Positions 51,288 to 62,875 of a DNA stretch of 64,000 nucleotides are shown in pieces. The position numbers and the translations under genes are program-made. Each line of letters starts with the position of its first letter. Positions within the stretch are counted from its first letter, which is position 1. The DNA is from Paramoeba atlantica (taxonomy: Eukaryota; Protista; Discosea), in NCBI GenBank assembly GCA_977017575.1, contig CDRNVI010000021.1:682001-746000 (forward strand), given 5' to 3'. The notes below the pieces were generated by a model. It saw nothing but the letters and a program-made list of their open reading frames with translations. It was not told where the DNA came from and did not search any database.

Positions 51288-52305
51288 AGAGCCAGGTTGG
51301 TAGGGCACATGCTGAGACACGACACACCCTTCGCAAATGTCATGCTTTGGAGCACGAAAGAAAATGCTCGCATTAAATCACTTTCTGAAGCATGTGCGGA
51401 GGATCTTGGTATGGACGTAGCGGAGTTATGGGAATTGGCACAGGATCGGGAAGCATGGTGTGCAGTAGTGGGGAACTTGCGAGAGCGCCTAGAACCAATT
51501 GCGCGCTACCGTCCGGTATCGTCCTATACGAAGACCGAGGTCAATAAGATTTTGCTGTCTCCCCAGCTTACCGAGCTAGAAAAATTCGAAGCTCTGCAAT
51601 TCTATGAAGAAGGTAAGGAGCAATGGCCCGATCATGAGCTACTGCACATATATTGCGACGGTTCGATGTACCGCAGAGGAAACCATGTGGGAGCAGGAGC
51701 TGCCATAGTAATATGCCAAAGCGGATTTCTAAAGCTTACTTCGAAAGAGAAACTAAGTCCCACGTATGCTACACCGATCAGAGCTGAACTACGAGCCTTT
51801 CTAAATGCACTTCGCACGGGGAGCATCAAAGGAATACCAGTAGTGATCCATGTAGATGCTGAGCACGTTTGGAATTTCTAGCACCGCATTCGTGTGCCTT
51901 GTCAGCTGGGAAATTATTCTGACTTCGACAACTCTGATCTCCTCATGGAAATCGGCGAACTAGCGGGTAAAATTCTCGATAGCCAAAAGGTCTTTGTGGT
52001 GAAGGTGCGCGCACACTCGGGAAATACGATGAATGATCTTGCGGACACCCTAGCAAAGGCAGCATGCGAACAAGACAGTACTACGCCAGAAACAACCTCA
52101 AACTATACAAAAACTCCTGCACGACAGTTGACGGACGTAACAGAATGTAAACACACGTTCCGTGACAAAAATACATGCTTACATAAGTGCTGTAAGCGAC
52201 ACCTGAATAGTCAAGGCGAATGAAAGTCGAGCTTCATTTTCAGATTATATTTCTTTGTCATTACAGAAAATTCTCTAGTCACGACAGTGACGTATTATTA
52301 TTATC
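51288..52305 (+). mobile_element. 5'-truncated RTE-like LINE relic: RT C-terminal end plus RNase H, with one in-frame stop
   Basis: VGHMLRH...EDLG......ELAQDREAW..VV (RTE-type end); RNase H IYCDGS, RAELRA, IHVDAE, VKVRAHSGN.MNDLADTLAK. ORFs 51297-51881 and 51894-52223 are in the same frame across TAG at 51879. (TTA)n-like tail at ~52293-52304. Confidence 0.8.
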
Positions 52306-55300
52306 TTTTTTAGGCTCTTCGTTAAACGCGGTGGTTGTTTTCAACTTAGAAGTCACTCATGCTGCGCGCTTCGCGTTGAAAACTACCGCCGCGTTTAACG
52401 AAGAGCCTAAAAAAGAAAATTTAGCCTGGAAAACGGGAAGATTATAGCCAAAAATAGCCGAATTTCGGGTAAAAATGGAGTGTTTTTCGCGTATTTTTGC
52501 TGTCAGAGCACTAAATCCGACATTTGCGCGTGGGAAATCACTCGTAGGCATGAATGGAAGCCTACCGAACGTATTGGGTAGAGAATGCGACTCCAACCAT
52601 ACCATTCTTTCGACACAAAAATGCCCCTTTAGGTCCGAAAAATACTTTTTCACCTTTTTTAGTCAAAAATAGGTATTTTTGAGTGGCGCACCACGGTTCG
52701 AAGAAGGGACACCTTGCGAAAGCAACTGCGGAGAAAGCTAGTGTAGGTCCCAAACTATCAAAATACAATAGGGGAAACGATTTTGGAAAAATATTTTTTT
52801 TTGCCATTTTTTTCGCCAAGTTGAAATTTTTTTCAATTTTTTTTTCACCCCCGGGTAGGGGGATCGAAAATGCGCGCCAAGACGCCGGCTACCCTTTCTG
52901 CGGGTTTTTTTCGAAAACTAATTTTTTCGAAAAAATTTGCTCGACCATGACCCCCCCCCTGGACCCCCCCCTGGACCCCCCCCCTGGACCGCCCACCTGG
53001 CCCCCCCCTGGACCCCCCCCCTGGACCCCCCATTTTTTTCAATTTTTTTTTTTCTGTTTTGGACCACCGGAGCCCCCTTTTATATTTTTTTCTTCTATTG
53101 TATTACTGTGTTCCCCTTTATATTTTCACTGTTTTTGTTCACTTTTTTTTCAATTCTTTTTTAGGCTCTTCGTTAAACGCGGTGGTTGTTTTCAACTTAG
53201 AAGTCACTCTTGCTGCGCGCTTCGAGTTGAAAACTACCGCCGCGTTTAACGAAGAGCCTAAAAAAGAAAATTTATCCTGGAAAACGGAACGATTATAGCC
53301 AAAAATAGCCGAATTTCGGGTAAAAATTGGGTGATTTTTGGGTATTTTTGCTGTCAGAGCACTCAATCCGACATTTGCGCGTTGCAAATCACTCGTAGGC
53401 ATGAATGGAAGCCTACCGAACGTATTGGGTAGAGAATGCGACTCCAACCATACCATTCTTTCGACACAAAAATGCCCCTTTAGGTCCGAAAAATACTTTT
53501 TCACCTTTTTTAGTCAAAAATGGGTCATTTTGAGGGGCGCACCACGGTTCGAAGAAGGGATACCTTGCGAAACCAACTGCGGAGAAAGCTAGTGTAGGTC
53601 CCAAACTATCAAAATACAATAGGGGAAACGATTTTGGAAAAATATTTTTTTTTGCCATTTTTTTCGCCAAGTTGAAATTTTTTTTCCGAGAAAATCCGAA
53701 CTTGGCGGACCCGTCCTGCGGATACGCGGGGGGGTCACCCCAGGGTAGGGGGGTGGAAAATGCGCGCCAAGACCCCGGCTACCCTTTCTGCGGTTTTGTT
53801 TCGAAAACTAATTTTTTCGAAAAAATTTGCTCGACCATGACGCCCCCCCCTGGACCCCCCCCCTGGACCCCCCCCTGGACCCCCCCGCTGGACCCCCCCC
53901 CTGGACCCCCCGATGGACCCCCCATTTTTTTTCAAATTTTTTTTCTCAGTTTTGGACCACCGGAGCCCCCTTTTATATTTTTTTCTTCTATTGTATTACT
54001 GTGTTCCCCTTTATATTTTCACTGTTTTTGTTCACGTTTTTTTTCAATAATCGAGTGTAGAGCGGTAGTTTTACAACCACCGCAATTTTCTTTTTTAGGC
54101 TCTTCGTTAAACGCGGTGGTTGTTTTCAACTTAGAAGTCACTCATGCTGCGCGCTTCGCGTTGAAAACTACCGCCGCGTTTAACGAAGAGCCTAAAAAAG
54201 AAAATTTAGCCTGGAAAACGGAAACGATTATAGCCAAAAATAGCCGAATTTCGGGTAAAAATGGGGTGATTTTCGCGTATTTTTGCTCTCAGAGCACTAA
54301 ATCCGACATTTGCGCGTGGGAAATCACTCGTAGGCATGAATGGAAGCCTACCGAACGTATTGTGTAGAGAATGCGACTCCAACCATACCATTCTTTCGAC
54401 ACAAAAATGCCCCTTTAGGTCCGAAAAATACTTTTTCACCTTTTTTAGTCAAAAATGGGTCATTTGGAGGGGCGCACCACGGTTCGAAGAAGTGATACCT
54501 TGCGAAAACAACTGCGGAGAAAGCTAGTGTAGGTCCCAAACTATCAAAATACAATAGGGGAAACGATTTTGGAAAAATATTTTTTTTGTCATTTTTTTCG
54601 CCAAGTTGAAATTTTTTTTCAAAAAAAATTTTCCGAAAAAATCCGAACTTGGCGGACCCGTCCTGCGGAAACGCGGGGGGGTCACCCCCGGGTAGGGGGG
54701 TGGAAAATGCGCGCCAAGACCCCGGCTACCCTTTCTGCGGTTTTTTTTCGAAAACTAATTTTTTCGAAAAAATTTGCTCGACCATGAACCCCCCCCCTGG
54801 ACCACCCCCCTGGACCCCCCCCTGGACCCCCCCGCTGGACCCCCCCCCTGGACCCCCCGATGGACCCCCCATTTTTTTCAAATTTTTTTTCTCAGTTTTG
54901 GACCACCGGAGCCCCCTTTTATATTTTTTTCTTCTATTGTATTACTGTGTTCCCCTTTATATTTTCACTGTTTTTGTTCACGTTTTTTTTCAATAATCGA
55001 GTGTAGAGCGGTAGTTTTACAACCACACCGCAATTTTCTTTTTTAGGCTCTTCGTTAAACGCGGTGGTTGTTTTCAACTTAGAAGTCACTCATGCTGCGC
55101 GCTTCGCGTTGAAAACTACCGCCGCGTTTAACGAAGAGCCTAAAAAAGAAAATTTAGCCTGGAAAACGGAAAGATTATAGCCAAAAATAGCCGAATTTCG
55201 GGTAAAAATTGGGTGATTTTTGGGTATTTTTGCTGTCAGAGCACTCAATCCGACATTTGCGCGTTGGAAATCACTCGTAGGCATGAATGGAAGCCTACCG

Positions 55301-57640
55301 AACGTATTGGGTAGAGAATGCGACTCCAACCATACCATTCTTTCGACACAAAAATGCCCCTTTAGGTCCGAAAAATACTTTTTCACCTTTTTTAGTCAAA
55401 AATGGGTCATTTTGAGGGCGCACCACGGTTCGAAGAAGGGATACCTTGCGAAACCAACTGCGGAGAAAGCTAGTGTAGGTCCCAAACTATCAAAATACAA
55501 TAGGGGAAACGATTTTGGAAAAATATTTTTTTTGCCATTTTTTTCGCCAAGTTGAAATTTTTTTTCCGAGAAAATCCGAACTTGGCGGACCCGTCCTGCG
55601 GATACGCGGGGGGGTCACCCCAGGGTAGGGGGGTGGAAAATGCGCGCCAAGACCCCGGCTACCCTTTCTGCGGTTTTGTTTCGAAAACTAATTTTTTCGA
55701 AAAAATTTGCTCGACCATGACGCCCCCCCCTGGACCCCCCCCCTGGACCCCCCCCTGGACCCCCCCGCTGGACCCCCCCCCTGGACCCCCCGATGGACCC
55801 CCCATTTTTTTCAAATTTTTTTTCTCAGTTTTGGACCACCGGAGCCCCCTTTTATATTTTTTTCTTCTATTGTATTACTGTGTTCCCCTTTATATTTTCA
55901 CTGTTTTTTGTTCACGTTTTTTTTCAATAATCGAGTGGTAGAGCGGTAGTTTTACAACCACCGCAATTTTCTTTTTTAGGCTCTTCGTTAAACGCGGTGG
56001 TTGTTTTCAACTTAGAAGTCACTCATGCTGCGCGCTTCGCGTTGAAAACTACCGCCGCGTTTAACGAAGAGCCTAAAAAAGAAAATTTAGCCTGGAAAAC
56101 GGAACGATTATAGCCAAAAATAGCCGAATTTCGGGTAAAAATGGGGTGATTTTCGCGTATTTTTGCTCTCAGAGCACTAAATCCGACATTTGCGCGTGGG
56201 AAATCACTCGTAGGCATGAATGGAAGCCTACCGAACGTATTGTGTAGAGAATGCGACTCCAACCATACCATTCTTTCGACACAAAAATGCCCCTTTAGGT
56301 CCGAAAAATACTTTTTCACCTTTTTTAGTCAAAAATGGGTCATTTGGAGGGGCGCACCACGGTTCGAAGAAGTGATACCTTGCGAAAACAACTGCGGAGA
56401 AAGCTAGTGTAGGTCCCAAACTATCAAAATACAATAGGGGAAACGATTTTGGAAAAATATTTTTTTTGTCATTTTTTTCGCCAAGTTGAAATTTTTTTCA
56501 AAAAAAATTTTCCGAAAAAATCCGAACTTGGCGGACCCGTCCTGCGGAAACGCGGGGGGGTCACCCCCGGGTAGGGGGGTGGAAAATGCGCGCCAAGACC
56601 CCGGCTACCCTTTCTGCGGTTTTTTTTCGAAAACTAATTTTTTCGAAAAAATTTGCTCGACCATGAACCCCCCCCTGGACCACCCCCCTGGACCCCCCCA
56701 TGGACCCCCCATTTTTTTCAATTTTTTTTTCAGTTTTGGACCACCGGAGCCCCCTTTTATATTTTTTTCTTCTATTATATTACTGTGTTCCTCTTTATAT
56801 TTTCACTGTTTTTGTTCACTTTTTTTTCAATAATCGAGTGTAGAGCGGTAGTTTTACAACCACCGCAATAATCCAGGGTAGAGCGGTAGTTTTACAACCA
56901 CCGCAATTTTCTTTTTTAGGCTCTTCGTAAAACGCGGTGGTTGTTTTCAACTTAGAAGTCACTCATGCTGCGCGCTTCGCGTTGAAAACTACCACCGCAT
57001 TTTACGAAGAGTCTAAAAAAGCAAATTGGCCAGGGACGCGGAAGAAAACGGAAGGATTTGAGCCAAAAATAGCCGATTTTTAGGTTAAAATGGGGTGATT
57101 TTTGTATATAGAGCACTAAACTTGACATTTGCGTGTGGGAAATGACTCGTAGGCACGCATTCGAGGCTACAGAACGTATTGGGTAGAGAATGCGACTCCA
57201 ACCACAGGATTCGTACGACCCAAAAAGACCTCTTGGTGTCCAAAAATTACTTTTTCGCATTTTTTGATCAAAAATGGGACATTTTGGGAGGCGTACCACG
57301 GCTTCAAGAAGCGACACCTCGCAAAACCAATGACGTAAAAAGCTAGAATAGGTCCCAAACTAAAAAAATACAATAGGCGAAACAACTTTGGAAAACTTTC
57401 TTTTTACCATTTTTTTCGTCAAGTTGAAATTTTTTTCAAAACAAATTTTTGACCCGTCTTGCGGATACGAGGGGGGGTCACCCCCGGGTAGGGTATGCCC
57501 CCCCCCATGGACCCCCCATTTTTTTTCAGTTTTTGTTTTCAATTTTGGACCACCGGATCCCCCTTTTATATTTTTTTCCTTTACCGCGTTTAACGAAGAG
57601 CCTAGAAAAGAAAAATTTGACAGGAGAGTAAAAGAAACCA
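52306..57640. repeat. Tandem array of a ~0.94-kb hairpin-ended element (five full units plus a diverged sixth)
   Basis: Unit starts at 52306, 53157, 54091, 55039, 55972 and 56912; each has a ~121-bp palindrome, a TGGACCCCCCC minisatellite and (except the first) a terminal GCGGTAGTTTTACAACCACCGC hairpin. Confidence 0.95.
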
Positions 57641-58286
57641 GAGGGTTAGTTTTGGATTTGGTCAAAAAAGAGCCGATAGTTGGGCAAAAATAGGGTTGTT
57701 TTTGCATATTTCCGCTCACATGTGTTTTCCTTCGGTTCGCACGATTTTGAACGAAGCAGGGTGGAGACCTCTTTTTTTGAAAGGCCCTTGAATTCACCCC
57801 GGCTTTTGAAGAAGGGGGGGGCTTTACCTCGTGGATTTACCTCTTCGTTTTGATTCATTTTGTTTACGCCAGGGGTGCAGTTAATGCCATGTCGGAACGC
57901 TTTTCTGACAGTACGTTGGGTATGCACTAATTGAGTCATCAGAAGCATATTTGTTGAATGATCAGGCTAAAAATAGAAGAAGTGATGACTGCAAATGTAG
58001 ATCTGCTATGTAAATGTAAACATTTTTTTAACAAATTTAGTTTCAATTGTATTTATTTGAGTTTAGAAAATGCGAAGTTACAAATACTTACAGAGGATTT
58101 CCGAGACACAAAGTAATACCACAGAAAAACTTTGATGCGACGAATCGTAAACAAAAAACGGTGCTGTGGACGAATTTAAGCCGAAAATTTCTCGTAAGAA
58201 AGGTGTTTTCTTTCCTTCTCCAACCTTCGAATCATGACTTCAAAATTTTAAACCAACTTTCACTTCCAAACGTCTTACACACTTAT

Positions 58287-58628
58287 TCAGAAATTTAAGT
58301 ATCTGTTTCTCTTCTTTTTCCCTTTGAAGTAAACGCTCGATGCGCGCTTCGCTTCTTCCGTAGTGCTAAAACACACGTGCGCCAGTCCCTTTTTTGATAC
58401 GATTGTTATACAATCGATTTCACCATACGAAGCGTAATGCTTGGTAAGGTCTTCTTTAGCCGTAGAGGAGGGAAGGTGTTCTATTGTGATTGAGCGCTCA
58501 TCACGCTCTTCGCGCGCAGAGCGCAAAACGTGTAGAGATTCTAAGTAATCATCTCTTTTGCGCTTTGTATCTCTTTCCTTGTCGGAAATGTCGTTACCAT
58601 TGGTTGATTGATTCTCCGCCGAGGCCAT
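58287..58628 (-). pseudogene. Single-RRM gene or gene fragment (PABPN1-like start of domain)
   Basis: REERDERSITIEHLPSSTAKEDLTKHYASYGEIDCITIVSKKGLAHVCFSTTEEAKRA (RNP2/RNP1-like); the domain seems cut short at its C-terminus. Confidence 0.6.
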
Positions 58629-58712
58629 AGTAAATTCAAAGAAAGTTTTCAAAAAAATCAAGCTGAGTCTAGAAACATTCAACTTAAAAAGCAATACATG
58701 AACGTAGAAGTC

Positions 58713-58896
58713 TTGTTTTTGAAGGGCCTGCCCGGAGGGCCCTTCGAGAGGGTGCAGATCCGCTGCCGCGGGGGGTGCTTTACCTCGTGACATGTAATTT
58801 TGAAGGAAACAAGCTTCTGATATCTTTTTTTGCAGGGCCCGCCCGGAGCGCCCTTCGAGAGGGTACAGGCCCGCTGCCGCGGTGGGTGCTTTTGAA
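58713..58896. repeat. Two copies of a ~110-bp GC-rich direct repeat; the second is the SINE-A target
   Basis: AGGGCC.GCCCGGAG.GCCCTTCGAGAGGGT.CAG..CCGCTGCCGCGG occurs twice; TTTGAAG.AAACAAGCTTCTGA occurs at ~58800 and resumes at ~59341 after the SINE. A degenerate relative lies at ~57775-57835. Confidence 0.8.
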
Positions 58897-59333
58897 AAAA
58901 AAAAAAAAATCCAAATCATTCCGGATTGCTCCGGATGGTCACTGGCAAGCCAGACCCTTCACAGACAGATTTGGAAGTTCCGAGGCCGACGTCCTCTACC
59001 AGTTTCCGCTTGTCCAAGGCGGCACCAACGTGCTGTTGCCAACACGCTGCGTCGACGAACTGTACTTCAACACGGCTTACCCAAGAGGTGTAAGCCGGGT
59101 AAGGGAGCTGGTTCCCTGAGGGGAGGGTCCGGGACGGTCCTCCGAGTACTGGGCCTAGTCGGTTATCAGCCCAGCCTCTTAGAGTGAGGCCGCCGGGAAT
59201 ATTGCGATGAGCGGGTTTGAACTCGCCGTCTGAGCACCATGTGCTTCAAACTTTGAGTTCTTGCCACTCCGCCACTCCTCCCCTTTGCCACTCCGCCACT
59301 CCTCCCCTTTGCCACTCCGCCACTCCTCCCCGC
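58897..59333 (-). mobile_element. tRNA-derived SINE, family A, copy 1
   Basis: Minus strand: A box TGGCGGAGTGG, B box GAGTTCAAACCC, body near-identical to 62876-63260, oligo(T) 3' end; 13-bp TSD GGGTGCTTTTGAA at 58884-58896 and 59334-59346. Confidence 0.9.
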
Positions 59334-62260
59334 GGGTGCTTTTGAAGCAAACAAGCTTCTGAAATTTCGATAAAAAAAATTGAAAGCAATTTTGACGGAG
59401 CGTAATTCTGCAGCCATGATGGGGACATTTTTTTTGGTAGAGGGCGCTTGAGCGTTGGGGTCACTCGCACTTCTTCTGCCGAAGCTGAAGACGCCGGGCT
59501 TGTGACCGGTATCAAGCGTGCTTCCCCCCTAGAGAGGTCTTCCTAAGAAGATCGTTTCAATCTAATTTCTTAGAATTGATAAGTCAAATCGGTAAGCCGA
59601 TTTGCTTTTTCCATGGCCGGAAATTTAGGCCTATGGTAACCTGAAGTCAGGTGTGTTCCTGGGCGATCTGTGCCCATGCCAGGGAGCACTCGAATATCAT
59701 CGAGGCATTGTGCCCTGGATATTGCTACTGTGAGCTTGGCGAGTTCCGGTCTCTTGGACCACGTCCTATCATTCAAGTCAAGAATAACATCGTTCTTCAC
59801 GGTGATACCTTGTACTTTGTGATACGTATAGGCAAATCCCAATTCCACTTGAAAGTTTCCTTGGGAAGCCTTATCATGGTGCTGCGCCTTTTTGGCGTAA
59901 AATTCTACACCTGACCCCTTCTCAATGCATTGCATAAAAGAAGGGGCTTTTCGTAGATAACAGACACCATCAATAGTGTCGTATGACAAATCGTCTGACA
60001 CAAGGTCTCTCATTTCAATCACTGTCCCATTCGCAATTTTCATTGTATAAGGAGCAATGTTCTCGGTGATTACACCGGGTGCTCCTTTTACATACGGAAA
60101 ATGCTTCAGGGTGTGTGTCAATGAGTTTACCTTGGACGTTATCGCCTGTCCATGCGAACAATGGGCAATTGTGGCGTCTGGCAAAATTTCTTGCCATTGC
60201 GACATTAATCTTGTGCCGTTCAATATTTGTTCCAACAAATAACTGAATTTTCTTGGTCCTCAGAGGTAAGAGGTTTTACCAATTGGATGAACTTCTTCAA
60301 CCCCTCATTGGGAGCTTTTCGAAGAAGACGCAAGATATCTGAAAATACAGTATCTTGTCGTGCTCGCATTTGCTGTTTGAGTTCAAACACATACGAGACT
60401 TGAAAAATATTCTCAAAAATGGGATTATTACCAGGAGAGCTATCTTCTATGGTAAGAGACGCTCCTTGTACTGGTCTCAGCTGATAAAAATCTCCCACAT
60501 AGAGCATGTTGATGCCTCCATAGGGAAGCTGCTCATTGCCTTTGATTTGCTGCAACCTAGTGTTGATACAGGAAAGGAAACACTTGCTGATCATTGACAC
60601 TTCGTCGACTATGATTAATCGACATTTCTCATACCTTTGTTGGTATGGTAGAAGGCTACTGCTTGAAAGATGTTTCAAATTTCTTGCAGTAGCCCCTATC
60701 GGTATGCAGAGGGAAGCGTGTATTGTGCAACAGTGCAGTACTGATGCGGCGATCCCAGTGGGCGCCATTGCAATACATTGGCTTCCCAGTTCTTGCATTA
60801 TGAAACGGGAAACTAGACTTTTCCCGGTTCCGGGTCCACCGAGCAGAAACATACATTTCCGCTCGGGGTCTAGTTTCCCGTTTAGTAAATCTTCAGTTTG
60901 ATTTACGCACTGTTTCTGTGCTTGGTTCAGTTCAATGGAACTGTTGTCTTCGCGAAACATGTAGCTGCGATCAAACGTAATCTCTTCGTATTGATTACTG
61001 CGAGCCAGTGGACGATCCTCATTAAAATGAGCTCTGTCCACTTGGCTCAGATTGATCCGAAGTTGCAAATCGTTCGTTTTGGATCATTTCAGCATAGCGC
61101 TCTCGCGCATTTATGACTGAAATATTGGACCTTGTCATTGTCGATAAAAGATCAATATTTTCTTCAGAGGAGTTCTCAGTAGAACCTCCTAACGCGGCCG
61201 TTAAAGCTCGCGTTTGTAGTTCGCAGTATGCATTCTGCTGAACCAATCGCTCTTCATTAACCACTGCAGTATTCTGCTGTGCTTCAAGAGCATCTTGAAG
61301 ATGAGGTTCAACCTCTCGCACTTCAAGCTCATTTTCGTACGCATGTTGCGTGCTAATCTTGCTTCTTCCAGAGTGCAAGCATCTTTGCGTCGATACAAAT
61401 CTGCCGCGTTCTCTGTATTCTTCGAAGCATGTAAAAGCCGAAGAAAGTTGCACATTATGTCATACTTTCCAGGCGTATTTATTTTCGCTTCATTGAGAAG
61501 CTTTTCAAACCCTTCTAGGGTCATTTCATGGCTCGTTGAGCCTTTCGTCCATGGGGAAAACAATGCCACCATGTGTTTCGCTACTCGAAGATGGCTTCGA
61601 GCTCGTGCCCCAGGTTCTTTTGAAGAATTCAATATGGGAAAACCTGGTATAGCTAGAACTGTGTGCAAAGAGCGCAACTGTTGCTCAACAATATCTCCAG
61701 GCTCAAATTCCGGGAGGCCTTCAATGTCCTCAAAGGCGTATCTCCCATTAGCACGACGTCCGCGACGACGTCTTCGATTTGTCCCTGACTCAAAATCTGA
61801 ATCATGATCGGGCTCTTCTTGAGCTAGTTCAGCTCTTTTCTTCTTTACGCTGACAATGCCTGCATAGGAATACAGGTCAAGGTCTTGAAGATCTTCGCCC
61901 CTGTGCATGTAACGCACATGGAGTGGTGCAAGAACTGCACAACCATGTTCGGTGATCATTAGAGGAGCCTCTAAGATACCTTTGTCGAACTCCATATCAG
62001 AGTCTTGTGACGAATCATCGTCACTGATTTCTAGATCTCTGTGATCTGACTCACTTGAGATATTTGCCAGGAACTTCATTACACGGTTCATATTGATCCA
62101 TGTGAAGTTATGGCTCATATACTCGGAGGATTGGCCGAGACAAAAGGCAGTTGCCATTTCGATTGAAACTTCCATCTTTCGATGTGTCTTGTTCGACAAT
62201 TTCTGTAGAACTAAGCGTGCCATCGGAATGTCAGTTTGCACTCTGTGCTCTTAATTCAGA

Positions 62261-62688
62261 CAGACAGACAGAAGACACGGAGGGCTCTGCAGCGCCAACC
62301 GTTAGGGTAGAGCCTCAGGTCACCGACCTTCATTGTCTCCCAGACGGCACTCGACGCCTTGCGGCCCGATAACGGCTACCCAACCGTAGCTACCAGGACG
62401 GGCGCCCAACCCCGTTGCATCGTGTAGGCTGTGTCTCAAGCCTCCTTTGCGTAAGCAGCTCGCAATTTAGCGGCTGCGCTGGAGCCTGGTTCAGCTCGGC
62501 GGTTCCGGGTCGGTCCTCCAGGGGAGCGGGGTTGGGTGTGGGCCTTGAAGGCACTCCTGATCGCTTTCCCTTTGTAGTGAGGCCGCCAGGTTGCGAGTTT
62601 TGTCGATAGCGGGAATCGAACCCACAACCTGCAGGTTGTAAGGCCCACCGTCTAACAACTACGCCCACACCGCCCTGAATTCAGAGCC
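62261..62688 (-). mobile_element. tRNA-derived SINE, family B
   Basis: Minus strand head GGCGGTGTGGGCGTAGTTGTTAGACGGTGGGCCTTACAACCTGCAGGTTGTGGGTTCGATTCCCGCTATCGACA (B box GGTTCGATTCCC), (TCTG)n tail; 13-bp TSD CTCT(T/G)AATTCAGA at 62248-62260 and 62689-62701; removal restores Helitron frame QMALNSEHRVQTDIP. Confidence 0.88.
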
Positions 62689-62875
62689 CTCTGAATTCAG
62701 AGCCATTTGAAGGTGGTTATTGGCTGCGCGAAGTGCTGGTACAATGTACACAGGTGGACCAATGTCCTTGCTCATATATTTTATGAGATATTGCATAATT
62801 TTTATGCCGGGACCTTCGCTCCCAATGAAAACTACACATGTATTGCATCTTACGCAAGCAGTGAGTGTTTCATTG

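Noticed and set aside
51879-51881. Stop-codon reassignment or programmed readthrough at the in-frame TAG
   Set aside because: TAG, TAA and TGA all end normal genes in this window; a nonsense mutation in a truncated element is simpler.
52306-57640. Integron attC cassette array (GTTAAAC / GTTTAAC in the palindrome arms)
   Set aside because: The core motifs are in the opposite order to attC, the units are near-identical and non-coding, and no integrase is present.
52306-57640. Spliced-leader RNA or 5S rRNA gene array
   Set aside because: Unit size would fit, but no AACTAA...CAGTTTCTGTACT exon or 5S-like sequence was found on either strand.
47800-57950. The many 60-240-aa ORFs in the satellite and array (e.g. 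FSEGGQVAT, PPGPPPW, SSLNAVVVFNLEVTHAAR repeats)
   Set aside because: They are translations of non-coding repeats, with frames broken differently in each unit.
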